Shown here in pieces: positions 25,086 through 40,383 of a DNA stretch of 64,000 nucleotides (positions within the stretch are counted from its first letter, which is position 1; each line of letters begins with the position of its first letter). The stretch covers positions 255,564,001-255,628,000 of the forward strand of contig OZ024741.1 of the NCBI GenBank assembly GCA_964016885.1, in the 5' to 3' direction. The position numbers were made by a program, and so were the translations under genes. The stretch comes from Eledone cirrhosa (lineage: Eukaryota). The notes below the pieces were generated by a model, which saw nothing but the letters and a program-made list of their open reading frames with translations, made no database searches and was not told the DNA's origin.

Positions 25086-26940
25086 GTTTCGCTTTACGAG
25101 TGTTTCGACTTACGAGTGTTTCGACATACGAGTGTTTCGGCTTACGAGTGTTTTGATTTACGAGTGTTTTGACTTACGGGTGCTTCGACTTACGCGTGTT
25201 TCGACTTACGAGTGTTTCGTCTTACGAGTGTTTCGACTTACGAGTGTTTCGGCTTACGAGTGTTTTGACTTACGAATGTTTTGACTTACGATTGTTTCTG
25301 CTTACGAGTGTTTCGACTTACGAGTGTTCTGACTACGAGTGTTCTGACTTACGGGTGTTCTGACTTACGAGTGTTCCGACTTACGAGTGTTTCGGCTTAT
25401 GAGTGTTTCGACTTACGAGTGCTTCGACTTACGAGTGTTTCGGCTTACGGGTGTTTCGACTTACGAATGTTTTTGCTTACGAGTGTTTCGGCTTACGAGT
25501 GTTTCGGCTTATGAGTGTTTCGACTTACGAGTGTTTTGACTTACGGGTGTTTTGACATACGAGTGTTTCGATACGATTGTTCTGACTTACGAGTGTTTCC
25601 GCTTACGAGTGTTTCGGCCTACGAGTGTTTCGACTTACTAATGTTTTTACTTACGAGTGTTTCGGTGTACGAGTGTTTCGACTTAAGGATGTTTCGACTT
25701 ACGAGTGTTTCGACTTACGAGTGTTTCGACTTACGAGTGTTTCGACTTACGAGTGTTTTGGCTTACGAATGTTTTGACTTACGGGTGTTTCGACTTACGA
25801 GTGTTTCGGCTTATGAGTGTTTCGACTTACGGGCGTTTCGACTTACGGGTGTTTCGACTTACGAGTGTTTTGGCTTACGAATGTTTTGACTTACGGGTGT
25901 TTCGACTTACGAGTGTTTCGACTTATGAGTGTTTGGACTTACGAGTGTTTCGGCTTATGAGTGTTTCGACTTACGAGTGCTTCGGCTTACGAGTGTTTCG
26001 ACTGACGAGTATTTCGGCTTACGAGTGTTTCGACGTACGAATGTTTTGGCTTACGAGTGTTTCGGCTTATGAGTGTTTCGGCTTACGAGTGTTTCGACTT
26101 ACGAGGGTTTCGGCTTACGAGTGTTTCAGTGTTTCGGCTTACGTGTGTTTCGACTTACGAGTGTTTCGACTTACGACTGTTTCGGCTTACGAGTGTTTCG
26201 GCTTACGAGTGTTTTGAATTACGATTGTTTGGCTTACGAGTGTTCTGACTTACGGGTGTTCTGACTTACGAGGGTTCCAACTTACGAGTGTTTCGGCTTA
26301 TGAGGGTTTCGACTTACGAGTGCTTCGGCTTACGAGTGTTTCGACTTACGAGTATTTCGGCTTACGAGTGTTTCGACTTACGAGTGTTTTGACTTACGGT
26401 GTTTCGGCTTACGAGTGTTTCGACATACGAGTGTTTTGACGTACGGGTGTTTCGACTTACGGGTCTTTCGACTTAAGAGTGTTTCGACTTACGAGCGCTT
26501 CGACTTACGAGTGTTTCGACTTACGAGTGTTTCGGCGTATGAGTGTTTTGACTTACGAGTGTTTCGACTTACGAGTGTTTCGACTTACGAGTGTTTCGAA
26601 TTACGAGTGTTTCGACTTACGAGTGTTTTGACTTACGAGTGTTTTGACTTACGGTGTTTCTGCTTACGAGTGTTTCGACTTACGAGTGTTATGACTTACG
26701 GGTGTTTTGACATACGAGTGTTTCGACTTACGAGTGTTTTGACTTACGGGTGTTTTGACATACGAGTGTTTCGATAGGAGTGTTCTGACTTACGAGTGTT
26801 CTGACTTACGAGTGTTCTGACTTACGAGTGTTCTGACTTACGAGTGTTCTGACTTACGAGTGTTCTGACTTACGAGTGTTCCGACTTTACGAGTGTTTCG
26901 GCTCACGAGTGTTTCGGCTTACGAGTGTTTCGACTTACGA

Positions 26941-27009
26941 AAATAACAAATAGACGCGGTTTCAAATCTCTATGCTTTTCAAATTCATTACATTAATCTT
27001 TATTTATAC
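26941..27009. repeat. 69-bp AT-rich element, copy 12
   Basis: Matches copy 1. Confidence 0.97.
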
Positions 27010-27756
27010 GTTTCGCTTTACGAGTGTTTCGACTTACGAGTGTTTCGACATACGAGTGTTTCGACTTACGAATGTTTTTGCTTAAGGGTGTTTCGACTTA
27101 CGAATGTTTTTGCTTACGAGTGTTTCGGTTTACGAGTGTTCCGACTTACGAGTGTTCCGACTTACGAGTGTTTCGGCTTACGAGTGTTTCCGGCTTACGA
27201 GTGTTTCAACTTACGAGTGTTCTGTCTTACGAGTGTTCTGATTTACGGATGTTTCGACACACGAGTGTTTCGACTTACGAGTGTTTTGACTTACGGGTGT
27301 TTTGACATACGAGTGTTTCGATACGAGTGTTTCGACTTACGAGTGTTCTGACTTACGAGTGTTCTGTCTTACGAGTGTTCTGACTTACGAGTGTTCTTAC
27401 TTACGAGTGTTCCGACTTACGAGTGTTCCGACTTACGAGTGTTTCGGCTTACGAGTGTTTCGGCTTACGAGTGTTTCGACTTACGAATGTTTCGACTTAC
27501 GAGTGTTCCGACTTACGGGTGTTTCGACTTACGAGTGTTTTGGCTTACGGTGTTTCGGCTTACGAGTGTTTCGAGTTACGAGTGTTTTGACTTACACGTG
27601 TTTTGACATACGAGTGTTTCGATACGAGTGTTCTGACTTACGAGTGTTCTGACTTACGAGTGTTCTGACTTACGAGTGTTCTGACTTACGAGTGTTCCGA
27701 CTTTACGAGTGTTTCGGCTCACGAGTGTTTCGGCTTACGAGTGTTTCGACTTACGA

Positions 27757-27825
27757 AAATAACAAATAGACGCGGTTTCAAATCTCTATGCTTTTCAAAT
27801 TCATTACATTAATCTTTATTTATAC
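27757..27825. repeat. 69-bp AT-rich element, copy 13
   Basis: Matches copy 1. Confidence 0.97.
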
Positions 27826-29664
27826 GTTTCGCTTTACGAGTGTTTCGACTTACGAGTGTTTCGACATACGAGTGTTTCGGCTTACGAGTGTTTTGATTTA
27901 CGAGTGTTTTGACTTACGGGTGCTTCGACTTACGCGTGTTTCGACTTACGAGTGTTTCGACTTACGAGTGTTTCGACTTACGAGTGTTTCGGCTTACGAG
28001 TGTTTTGACTTACGAATGTTTTGACTTACGATTGTTTCTGCTTACGAGTGTTTCGACTTACGAGTGTTCTGACTACGAGTGTTCTGACTTACGGGTGTTC
28101 TGACTTACGAGTGTTCCGACTTACGAGTGTTTCGGCTTATGAGTGTTTCGACTTACGAGTGCTTCGACTTACGAGTGTTTCGGCTTACGGGTGTTTCGAC
28201 TTACGAATGTTTTTGCTTACGAGTGTTTCGGCTTACGAGTGTTTCGGCTTATGAGTGTTTCGACTTACGAGTGTTTTGACTTACGGGTGTTTTGACATAC
28301 GAGTGTTTCGATACGATTGTTCTGACTTACGAGTGTTTCCGCTTACGAGTGTTTCGGCTTACGAGTGTTTCGACTTACTAATGTTTTTACTTACGAGTGT
28401 TTCGGTGTACGAGTGTTTCGACTTAAGGATGTTTCGACTTACGAGTGTTTCGACTTACGAGTGTTTCGACTTACGAGTGTTTCGACTTACGAGTGTTTTG
28501 GCTTACGAATGTTTTGACTTACGGGTGTTTCGACTTACGAGTGTTTCGGCTTATGAGTGTTTCGACTTACGGGCGTTTCGACTTACGGGTGTTTCGACTT
28601 ACGAGTGTTTTGGCTTACGAATGTTTTGACTTACGGGTGTTTCGACGTACGAGTGTTTCGACTTATGAGTGTTTGGACTTACGAGTGTTTCGGCTTATGA
28701 GTGTTTCGACTTACGAGTGCTTCGGCTTACGAGTGTTTCGACTGACGAGTATTTCGGCTTACGAGTGTTTCGACGTACGAATGTTTTGGCTTACGAGTGT
28801 TTCGGCTTATGAGTGTTTCGGCTTACGAGTGTTTCGACTTACGAGGGTTTCGGCTTACGAGTGTTTCAGTGTTTCGGCTTACGTGTGTTTCGACTTACGA
28901 GTGTTTCGACTTACGACTGTTTCGGCTTACGAGTGTTTCGGCTTACGAGTGTTTCGGCTTACGAGTGTTTTGAATTACGATTGTTTGGCTTACGAGTGTT
29001 CTGACTTACGGGTGTTCTGACTTACGAGGGTTCCGACTTACGAGTGTTTCGGCTTATGAGGGTTTCGACTTACGAGTGCTTCGGCTTACGAGTGTTTCGA
29101 CTTACGAGTATTTCGGCTTACGAGTGTTTCGACTTACGAGTGTTTTGACTTACGGTGTTTCGGCTTACGAGTGTTTCGACATACGAGTGTTTTGACGTAC
29201 GGGTGTTTCGACTTACGGGTCTTTCGACTTAAGAGTGTTTCGACTTACGAGCGCTTCGACTTACGAGTGTTTCGACTTACGAGTGTTTCGGCGTATGAGT
29301 GTTTTGACTTACGAGTGTTTCGACTTACGAGTGTTTCGACTTACGAGTGTTTCGAATTACGAGTGTTTCGACTTACGAGTGTTTTGACTTACGAGTGTTT
29401 TGACTTACGGTGTTTCTGCTTACGAGTGTTTCGACTTACGAGTGTTATGACTTACGGGTGTTTTGACATACGAGTGTTTCGACTTACGAGTGTTTTGACT
29501 TACGGGTGTTTTGACATACGAGTGTTTCGATAGGAGTGTTCTGACTTACGAGTGTTCTGACTTACGAGTGTTCTGACTTACGAGTGTTCTGACTTACGAG
29601 TGTTCCGACTTTACGAGTGTTTCGGCTCACGAGTGTTTCGGCTTACGAGTGTTTCGACTTACGA

Positions 29665-29733
29665 AAATAACAAATAGACGCGGTTTCAAATCTCTATGCT
29701 TTTCAAATTCATTACATTAATCTTTATTTATAC
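29665..29733. repeat. 69-bp AT-rich element, copy 14
   Basis: Matches copy 1. Confidence 0.97.
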
Positions 29734-31428
29734 GTTTCGCTTTACGAGTGTTTCGACTTACGAGTGTTTCGACATACGAGTGTTTCGGCTTACGAGTGTT
29801 TTGATTTACGAGTGTTTTGACTTACGGGTGCTTCGACTTACGCGTGTTTCGACTTACGAGTGTTTCGACTTACGAGTGTTTCGGCTTATGAGTGTTTTGA
29901 CTTACGAATGTTTTGACTTACGATTGTTTCGGCTTACGAGTGTTTCGACTTACGAGTGTTCTGACTACGAGTGTTCTGACTTACGGGTGTTCTGACTTAC
30001 GAGTGTTCTGACTTACGAGTGTTTCGGCTTATGAGTGTTTCGACTTACGAGTGCTTCGACTTACGAGTGTTTCGGCTTACGGGTGTTTCGACTTACGAAT
30101 GTTTTTGCTTACGAGTGTTTCGGCTTACGAGTGTTTCGGCTTATGAGTGTTTCGACTTACGAGTGTTTTGACTTACGGGTGTTTTGACATACGAGTGTTT
30201 CGATACGATTGTTCTGACTTACGAGTGTTTCCGCTTACGAGTGTTTCGGCTTACGAGTGTTTCGACTTACTAATGTTTTTACTTACGAGTGTTTCGGTGT
30301 ACGAGTGTTTCGACTTACGAGTGTTTCGACTTACGAGTGTTTCGACTTACGAGTGTTTCGACTTACGAGTGTTTTGGCTTACGAATGTTTTGACTTACGG
30401 GTGTTTCGACTTACGAGTGTTTCGACTTATGAGTGTTTGGACTTACGAGTGTTTCGGCTTATGAGTGTTTCGACTTACGAGTGCTTCGGCTTACGAGTGT
30501 TTCGACTGACGAGTATTTCGGCTTACGAGTGTTTCGACGTACGAATGTTTTGGCTTACGAGTGTTTCGGCTTATGAGTGTTTCGGCTTACGAGTGTTTCG
30601 ACTTACGAGGGTTTCGGCTTACGAGTGTTTCAGTGTTTCGGCTTACGTGTGTTTCGACTTACGAGTGTTTCGACTTACGACTGTTTCGGCTTACGAGTGT
30701 TTCGGCTTACGAGTGTTTCGGCTTACGAGTGTTTTGAATTACGATTGTTTGGCTTACGAGTGTTCTGACTTACGGGTGTTCTGACTTACGAGGGTTCCGA
30801 CTTACGAGTGTTTCGGCTTATGAGGGTTTCGACTTACGAGTGCTTCGGCTTACGAGTGTTTCGACTTACGAGTATTTCGGCTTACGAGTGTTTCGACTTA
30901 CGAGTGTTTTGACTTACGGTGTTTCGGCTTACGAGTGTTTCGACATACGAGTGTTTTGACGTACGGGTGTTTCGACTTACGGGTCTTTCGACTTAAGAGT
31001 GTTTCGACTTACGAGCGCTTCGACTTACGAGTGTTTCGACTTACGAGTGTTTCGGCGTATGAGTGTTTTGACTTACGAGTGTTTCGACTTACGAGTGTTT
31101 CGACTTACGAGTGTTTCGAATTACGAGTGTTTCGACTTACGAGTGTTTTGACTTACGAGTGTTTTGACTTACGGTGTTTCTGCTTACGAGTGTTTCGACT
31201 TACGAGTGTTATGACTTACGGGTGTTTTGACATACGAGTGTTTCGACTTACGAGTGTTTTGACTTACGGGTGTTTTGACATACGAGTGTTTCGATAGGAG
31301 TGTTCTGACTTACGAGTGTTCTGACTTACGAGTGTTCTGACTTACGAGTGTTCTGACTTACGAGTGTTCCGACTTTACGAGTGTTTCGGCTCACGAGTGT
31401 TTCGGCTTACGAGTGTTTCGACTTACGA

Positions 31429-31497
31429 AAATAACAAATAGACGCGGTTTCAAATCTCTATGCTTTTCAAATTCATTACATTAATCTTTATTTATAC
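31429..31497. repeat. 69-bp AT-rich element, copy 15
   Basis: Matches copy 1. Confidence 0.97.
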
Positions 31498-33224
31498 GTT
31501 TCGCTTTACGAGTGTTTCGACTTACGAGTGTTTCGACATACGAGTGTTTCGGCTTACGAGTGTTTTGATTTACGAGTGTTTTGACTTACGGGTGCTTCGA
31601 CTTACGCGTGTTTCGACTTACGAGTGTTTCGACTTACGAGTGTTTCGGCTTATGAGTGTTTTGACTTACGAATGTTTTGACTTACGATTGTTTCGGCTTA
31701 CGAGTGTTTCGACTTACGAGTGTTCTGACTACGAGTGTTCTGACTTACGGGTGTTCTGACTTACGAGTGTTCTGACTTACGAGTGTTTCGGCTTATGAGT
31801 GTTTCGACTTACGAGTGCTTCGACTTACGAGTGTTTCGGCTTACGGGTGTTTCGACTTACGAATGTTTTTGCTTACGAGTGTTTCGGCTTACGAGTGTTT
31901 CGGCTTATGAGTGTTTCGACTTACGAGTGTTTTGACTTACGGGTGTTTTGACATACGAGTGTTTCGATACGATTGTTCTGACTTACGAGTGTTTCCGCTT
32001 ACGAGTGTTTCGGCTTACGAGTGTTTCGACTTACTAATGTTTTTACTTACGAGTGTTTCGGTGTACGAGTGTTTCGACTTACGAGTGTTTCGACTTACGA
32101 GTGTTTCGACTTACGAGTGTTTCGACTTACGAGTGTTTTGGCTTACGAATGTTTTGACTTACGGGTGTTTCGACTTACGAGTGTTTCGACTTATGAGTGT
32201 TTGGACTTACGAGTGTTTCGGCTTATGAGTGTTTCGACTTACGAGTGCTTCGGCTTACGAGTGTTTCGACTGACGAGTATTTCGGCTTACGAGTGTTTCG
32301 ACGTACGAATGTTTTGGCTTACGAGTGTTTCGGCTTATGAGTGTTTCGGCTTACGAGTGTTTCGACTTACGAGGGTTTCGGCTTACGAGTGTTTCAGTGT
32401 TTCGGCTTACGTGTGTTTCGACTTACGAGTGTTTCGACTTACGACTGTTTCGGCTTACGAGTGTTTCGGCTTAAGAGTGTTTCGGCTTACGAGTGTTTTG
32501 AATTACGATTGTTTGGCTTACGAGTGTTCTGACTTACGGGTGTTCTGACTTACGAGGGTTCCGACTTACGAGTGTTTCGGCTTATGAGGGTTTCGACTTA
32601 CGAGTGCTTCGGCTTACGAGTGTTTCGACTTACGAGTATTTCGGCTTACGAGTGTTTCGACTTACGAGTGTTTTGACTTACGGTGTTTCGGCTTACGAGT
32701 GTTTCGACATACGAGTGTTTTGACGTACGGGTGTTTCGACTTACGGGTCTTTCGACTTAAGAGTGTTTCGACTTACGAGCGCTTCGACTTACGAGTGTTT
32801 CGACTTACGAGTGTTTCGGCGTATGAGTGTTTTGACTTACGAGTGTTTCGACTTACGAGTGTTTCGACTTACGAGTGTTTCGAATTACGAGTGTTTCGAC
32901 TTACGAGTGTTTTGACTTACGAGTGTTTTGACTTACGGTGTTTCTGCTTACGAGTGTTTCGACTTACGAGTGTTATGACTTACGGGTGTTTTGACATACG
33001 AGTGTTTCGACTTACGAGTGTTTTGACTTACGGGTGTTTTGACATACGAGTGTTTCGATAGGAGTGTTCTGACTTACGAGTGTTCTGACTTACGAGTGTT
33101 CTGACTTACGAGTGTTCTGACTTACGAGTGTTCTGACTTACGAGTGTTCTGACTTACGAGTGTTCCGACTTTACGATTGTTTCGGCTCACGAGTGTTTCG
33201 GCTTACGAGTGTTTCGACTTACGA

Positions 33225-33293
33225 AAATAACAAATAGACGCGGTTTCAAATCTCTATGCTTTTCAAATTCATTACATTAATCTTTATTTATAC
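33225..33293. repeat. 69-bp AT-rich element, copy 16
   Basis: Matches copy 1. Confidence 0.97.
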
Positions 33294-36200
33294 GTTTCGC
33301 TTTACGAGTGTTTCGACTTACGAGTGTTTCGACATACGAGTGTTTCGGCTTACGAGTGTTTTGATTTACGAGTGTTTTGACTTACGGGTGCTTCGACTTA
33401 CGCGTGTTTCGACTTACGAGTGTTTCGACTTACGAGTGTTTCGGCTTATGAGTGTTTTGACTTACGAATGTTTTGACTTACGATTGTTTCGGCTTACGAG
33501 TGTTTCGACTTACGAGTGTTCTGACTACGAGTGTTCTGACTTACGGGTGTTCTGACTTACGAGTGTTCTGACTTACGAGTGTTTCGGCTTATGAGTGTTT
33601 CGACTTACGAGTGCTTCGACTTACGAGTGTTTCGGCTTACGGGTGTTTCGACTTACGAATGTTTTTGCTTACGAGTGTTTCGGCTTACGAGTGTTTCGGC
33701 TTATGAGTGTTTCGACTTACGAGTGTTTTGACTTACGGGTGTTTTGACATACGAGTGTTTCGATACGATTGTTCTGACTTACGAGTGTTTCCGCTTACGA
33801 GTGTTTCGGCTTACGAGTGTTTCGACTTACTAATGTTTTTACTTACGAGTGTTTCGGTGTACGAGTGTTTCGACTTACGATTGTTTCGACTTACGAGTGT
33901 TTCGACTTACGAGTGTTTCGACTTACGAGTGTTTTGGCTTACGAATGTTTTGACTTACGGGTGTTTCGACTTACGAGTGTTTCGACTTATGAGTGTTTCG
34001 ACTTACGAGTGTTTCGGCTTATGAGTGTTTCGACTTACGAGTGCTTCGGCTTACGAGTGTTTCGACTTACGAGTATTTCGGCTTACGAGTGTTTCGACGT
34101 ACGAATGTTTTGGCTTACGAGTGTTTCGGCTTATGAGTGTTTCGGCTTACGAGTGTTTCGACTTACGAGTGTTTCGGCTTACGAGTGTTTCAGTGTTTCG
34201 GCTTACGTGTGTTTCGACTTACGAGTGTTTCGACTTACGACTGTTTCGGCTTACGAGTGTTTCGGCTTACGAGTGTTTCGGCTTACGAGTGTTTTGACTT
34301 ACGATTGTTTGGCTTACGAGTGTTCTGACTTACGGGTGTTCTGACTTACGAGTGTTCCGACTTACGAGTGTTTCGGCTTATGAGGGTTTCGACTTACGAG
34401 TGCTTCGGCTTACGAGTGTTTCGACTTACGAGTGTTTCGGCTTACGAGTGTTTCGACTTACGAGTGTTTTGACTTACGGTGTTTCGGCTTACGAGTGTTT
34501 CGACATACGAGTGTTTTGACGTACGGGTGTTTCGACTTACGGGTCTTTCGACTTAAGAGTTTTTCGACTTACGAGCGCTTCGACTTACGAGTGTTTCGAC
34601 TTACGAGTGTTTCGGCGTATGAGTGTTTTGACTTACGAGTGTTTCGACTTACGAGTGTTTCGACTTACGAGTGTTTCGAATTACGAGTGTTTCGACTTAC
34701 GAGTGTTTTGACTTACGAGTGTTTTGACTTACGGTGTTTCTGCTTACGAGTGTTTCGACTTTCGAGTGTTATGACTTACGGGTGTTTTGACATACGAGTG
34801 TTTCGACTTACGAGTCTTACGGCTTACGAGTGTTTCGACTTACTAATGTTTTTACTTACGAGTGTTTCGGCGTACGAGTGTTTCGACTTCCGAGTGTTTC
34901 GACTTACAGGTGTTTTGACTTACGGGTGTTTCGGCTTACGAGTGTTTTGACTTACGAGTGTTTTGACTTAAGGGTGTTTCGACTTACGAGTATTTTTGGC
35001 TTACGAGTGTTTCGACTTACGAGTGTTTTGACTTACGAGTGTTCTGATTTACGGATGTTTCGACACACGAGTGTTTCGAATTACGAGTGTTTCGACTTAC
35101 GAGTGTTTTGACTTACGGGTGTTTTGACATACGAGTGTTTCGATACGAGTGTTTCGACTTATGAGTGTTTCGACTTACGAGTGTTCTGACTTACGAGTGT
35201 TCTGACTTACGAGTGTTCTGATTTACGGATGTTTCGACACACGAGTGTTTCGATACGAGTGTTTCGACTTACGAGTGTTTCGACTTATGAGTGTTTCGAC
35301 TTACGAGTGTTCTGACTTACGAGTGTTCTGACTTACGAGTGTTCCGACTTACGAGTGTTTCGGTTTACGAGTGTTTCGACATACGAGTGTTTTGACTTAC
35401 GGGTGTTTCGACTTACGGGTGTTTCGACTTACGAGTGTTTTGGCTTACGAGTGTTTCGACTTACTAATGTTTTTACTTACGAGTGTTTCGGTGTACGAAT
35501 GTTTTGACTTAAGGATGTTTCGACTTACGAGTGTTTCGACTTACGAGTGTTTCGGCTTACGTGAGTTTCGACTTAAGATTGTTCTGATTTACGAGTGTTC
35601 TGACTTACGAGTGTTTCGGCTTATGAGTGTTTCGACTTACGAGTGTTTCGGCTTACGAGTGTTTCGACTTATGGGTGTTTCGACTTACGAGTGTTTTTAC
35701 TTACGGTGTTTCGGCTTACGAGTGTTTCGACATACGAGTGTTTTGACTTACGGGTGTTTCGGCTTACGAGTGTTTCGACTTACGAGTGTTTTGACTTACG
35801 GGTGTTTCGACTTACGGTGTTTCGGCTTACGAGTGTTTCGACTTACGAGTGTTTTGACTTACGGGTGTTTTGACATACGAGTGTTTCGATACGAGTGTTC
35901 TGACTTACGAGTGTTCTGACTTACGAGTGTTTTGACTTACGAGTGTTCTGACTTACGAGTGTTCCGACTTACGAGTGTTCCGACTTACGAGTGTTTCGGC
36001 TTACGAGTGTTTACGGCTTACGAGTGTTTCGACTTCCGAGTGTTTTGACTTACGGTGTTTCGGCTTACGAGTGATTCGACTTACGAGTGTTTTGACTTAC
36101 GGGTGATTTGACTTACGGGTGTTGTGAATTACGAGTGTTGCGATTTACTAGTGTTTTGACTTACGGTGTTTCGGCTTACGAGTGATTCGACTTACGAATG

Positions 36201-39200
36201 TTTTGACTTACGGCTGTTTCGGCTTGCGAGTGTTTCGACTTACGAGTGTTTCGGCTTATGGGTGTTTCGACTTACTAATGTTTTTACTTACGAGTGTTTC
36301 GGCGTACGAGTGTTTTGACTTACGAGTGTTTCGACTTACGAGTGTTTCGACTTACGAGTGTTTCGGCTTACGTGAGTTTCGACTTAAGAGTGTTCTGATT
36401 TACGAGTGTTCTGACGTACGAGTGTTTCGGCTTATTAGTGTTTCGACTTACGAGTGTTTCGGCTTACGAGTGTTTCGACTTATGGGTGTTTCGACTTACG
36501 AGTGTTTTTACTTACGGTGTTTCGGCTTACGAGTGTTTCGACATACGAGTGTTTTGACTTACGGGTGTTTCGACTTACGAGTGTTTTGACTTACGAATGT
36601 TTTGACTTACGGGTGTTTCGGCTTACGAGTGTTTCGACTTACGAGTGTTTCGGCTTACGAGTGTTTCGACTTACTAATGTTCTTACTTACGAATGTTTCG
36701 GCGTACGAGAGTTTTGACTTACGAGTGTTTCGACTTACGAGTGTTTCGACTTACGAGTGTTTTAACTTACGAATGTTTTGACTTACGGGTGTTTCGGCTT
36801 ACGAGTGTTTCGACTTACGAGTCTTTCGGCTTACGAGTGTTTCGACTTACTAATGTTTTTACTTACGAGTGTTTCGGCGTAGTGTTTCGACTTACGAGTG
36901 TTTCGACTTACGGGTGTTTTGACTTACGGGTGTTTCGGCTTACGAGTGTTTTGACTTACGAGTGTTTTGACTTAAGGGTGTTTCGACTTACGAGTATTTT
37001 TGGCTTACGAGTGTTTCGACTTACGAGTGTTTTGACTTACGAGTGTTCTGATTTACGGATGTTTCGACATACGAGTGTTTCGACTTACGAGTGTTTCGAC
37101 TTATGACTGTTTCGACTTACGAGTGTTTCGGCTTATGAGTGTTTCGACTTACGAGTGCTTCGGCTTACGAGTGTTTCGACTTACGAGTATTTCGGCTTTC
37201 GAGTGTTTCGACGTAAGAATGTTTTGGCTTACGAGTGTTTCGGCTTATGAGTGTTTCGGCTTACGAGTGTTTCGACTTACGAGTGTTTCGGCTTACGAGT
37301 GTTTCAGTGTTTCGGCTTACGTGTGTTTCGACTTACGAGTGTTTCGACTTACGACTGTTTCGGCTTACGAGTGTTTCGGCTTACGAGTGTTTCGACTTAC
37401 GAGTGTTTTGACTTACGAATGTTTTGACTTACGGGTGTTTCGGCTTACGAGTGTTTCGTCTTACGAGTCTTTCGGCTTACGAGTGTTTCGACTTACTAAT
37501 GTTTTTACTTACGAGTGTTTCGGCGTACGAGTGTTTCGACTTACGAGTGTTTCGACTTACGGGTGTTTTGACTTACGGGTGTTTCGGCTTACGAGTGTTT
37601 TGACTTACGAGTGTTTTGACTTAAGGGTGTTTCGACTTACGAGTATTTTTGGCTTACGAGTGTTTCGACTTACGAGTGTTTTGACTTACGAGTGTTCTGA
37701 TTTACGGATGTTTCGACATACGAGTGTTTCGACTTACGAGTGTTTCGACTTACTAATGTTCTTACTTACGAGTGTTTCGGCGTACGAGAGTTTTGACTTA
37801 CGTGTGTTTCGACTTACGAGTGTTTCGACTTACGAGTGTTTTGACTTACGAATGTTTTGACTTACGGGTGTTTCGGCTAACGAGTGTTTCGACTTACGAG
37901 TCTTTCGGCTTACGAGTGTTTCGACTTACTAATGTTTTTACTTAGGAGTGTTTCGGCGTACGAGTGTTTCGACTTACGAGTGTTTCGACTTACGGGTGTT
38001 TAGACTTACGGGTGTTTCGGCTTACGAGTGTTTTGACTTACGAGTGTTTTGACTTAAGGTTGTTTCGACTGACGAGTATTTTTGGCTTACGAGTGTTTCG
38101 ACTTACGAGTGTTTTGACTTACGAGTGTTCTGATTTACGGATGTTTCGACATACGAGTGTTTCGACTTACGAGTGTTTCGACTTATCAGTGTTTCGACTT
38201 ACGAGTGTTTCGGCTTATGAGTGTTTCGACTTACGAGTGCTTCGGCTTACGAGTGTTTCGACTTACGAGTATTTCGGCTTACGAGTGTTTCGACGTACGA
38301 ATGTTTTGGCTTACGAGTGTTTCGGCTTATGAGTGTTTCGGCTTACGAGTGTTTCGACTTACGAGTGTTTCGGCTTACGAGTGTTTCAGTGTTTCGGCTT
38401 ACGTATGTTTCGACTTACGATTGTTTCGACTTACGACTGTTTCGGCTTACGAGTGTTTCGGCTTGCGAGTGTTTCGGCTTACGAGTGTTTTGATTTACGA
38501 GTGTTTTGACTTACGATTGTTTGGCTTACGAGTGTTCTGACTTACGGGTGTTCTGACTTTCGAATGTTCCGACTTACGAGTGTTTCGGCTTATGAGGGTT
38601 TCGACTTACGAGTGCTTCGGCTTACGAGTGTTTCGACTTACGAGTGTTTCGGCTTACGAGTGTTTCGACTTACGAGTGTTTCGACTTACGAGTGTTTTGA
38701 CTTACGGTGTTTCGGCTTACGAGTGTTTCGACATACGAGTGTTTTGACGTACGGGTGTTTCGACTTACGGGTCTTTCGACTTAAGAGTGTTTCGACTTAC
38801 GAGCGCTTCGACTTACGAGTGTTTCGACTTACGAGTGTTTCGGCGTATGAGTGTTTTGACTTACGAGTGTTTCGACTTACGAGTGTTTCGAATTACGAGT
38901 GTTTCGACTTACGAGTGTTTTGACTTACGAGTGTTTTGACTTCGGTGTTTCTGCTTACGAGTGTTTCGACTTACGAGTGTTATGACTTACGGGTGTTTTC
39001 ACATACGAGTGTTTCGACTTACGAGTGTTTTGACTTACGGGTGTTTTGACATACTAGTGTTTCGATACGAGTGTTCTGACTTACGAGTGTTCTGACTTAC
39101 GAGTGTTCTGACTTACGAGTGTTTCGACATACGAGTGTTTTGACTTACGGGTGTTTCGACTTACGAGTGTTTTCACTTACGAATGTTTTGACTTACGGGT

Positions 39201-40314
39201 GTTTCGGCTTACGAGTGTTTCGACTTACGAGTGTTTCGGCTTACGTGTGTTTCGACTTACTAATATTTTTACTTACGAGTGTTTCGGCGTACGAGAGTTT
39301 TGACTTACGCGTGTTTCGACTTACGAGTGTTTCGACTTACGAGTATTTTGACTTACGAATGTTTTGACTTACGGGTGTTTCGGCTTACGAGTGTTTCGAC
39401 TTACGAGTCTTTCGGCTTACGAGTGTTTCGACTTACTAATGTGTTTACTTACGAGTGTTTCGGCGTACGAGTGTTTCGACTTCCGAGTGTTTCGACTTAC
39501 GGGTGTTTTGACTGACGGGTGTATCGGCTTACGAGTGTTTTGACTTACGAGTGTTTTGACTTAAGGGTGTTTCGACTTACAAGTATTTTTGGCTTACGAG
39601 TGTTTCGACTTACGAGTGTTTTGACTTACGAGTGTTCTGATTTACGGATGTTTCGACATACGAGTGTTTCGACTTACGAGTGTTTCGACTTATGAGTGTT
39701 TCGACTTACGAGTGTTTCGACTTACGAGTGTTTCGGCTTGTGATTGTTTCGACTTACGAGTGTTTTGACTTACGGTGTTTCAGCTTACGAGTGTTTCGAC
39801 TTACGAGTGTTTTGACTTACGGGTGTTTTGACATACGAGTGTTTCGATACGAGTGTTCTGACTTACGAGTGTTCTGACTTACGAGTGTTTTGACTTACGA
39901 GTGTTCTGACTTACGAGTGTTCCGACTTACGAGTGTTCCGACTTACGAGTGTTTCGGCTTACGAGTGTTTTGACTTAAGGGTGTTTCGACTTACGAGTGT
40001 TTCGATACGAGTGTTTCGACTTACGAGTGTTTCGGCTTACGAGTGTTTCGACTTACGAGTGTTTCGACTTACGAGTGTTCCGACTTACGGGTGTTTCGAC
40101 TTACGAGTGTTTTGGCTTACGGTGTTTCGACTTACGAGTGTTTCGAGTTAAGAGTGTTTTGACTTACGAGTGTTCTGATTTACGAGTGTTCTGACTTACG
40201 AGTGTTCTGACTTACGAGTGTTCTGACTTACGAGTGTTCTGACTTACGAGTGTTCCGACTTTACGAGTGTTTCGGCTCACGAATGTTTCGGCTTACGAGT
40301 GTTTCGACTTACGA

Positions 40315-40383
40315 AAATAACAAATAGACGCGGTTTCAAATCTCTATGCTTTTCAAATTCATTACATTAATCTTTATTTATAC
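40315..40383. repeat. 69-bp AT-rich element, copy 17
   Basis: Matches copy 1. Confidence 0.97.

Larger units (their letters stand above)
2315..33567 (+). repeat. 15,619-bp tandem duplication (2315-17933 and 17934-33552)
   Basis: ORF-track entries from 2438 to 17637 recur with the same translation at +15,619. Private variants are shared (8699/24318, ~16854/~32473, ~17558/~33177). The flanking mismatches are at 2314/17933 and 17949/33568. Confidence 0.93.
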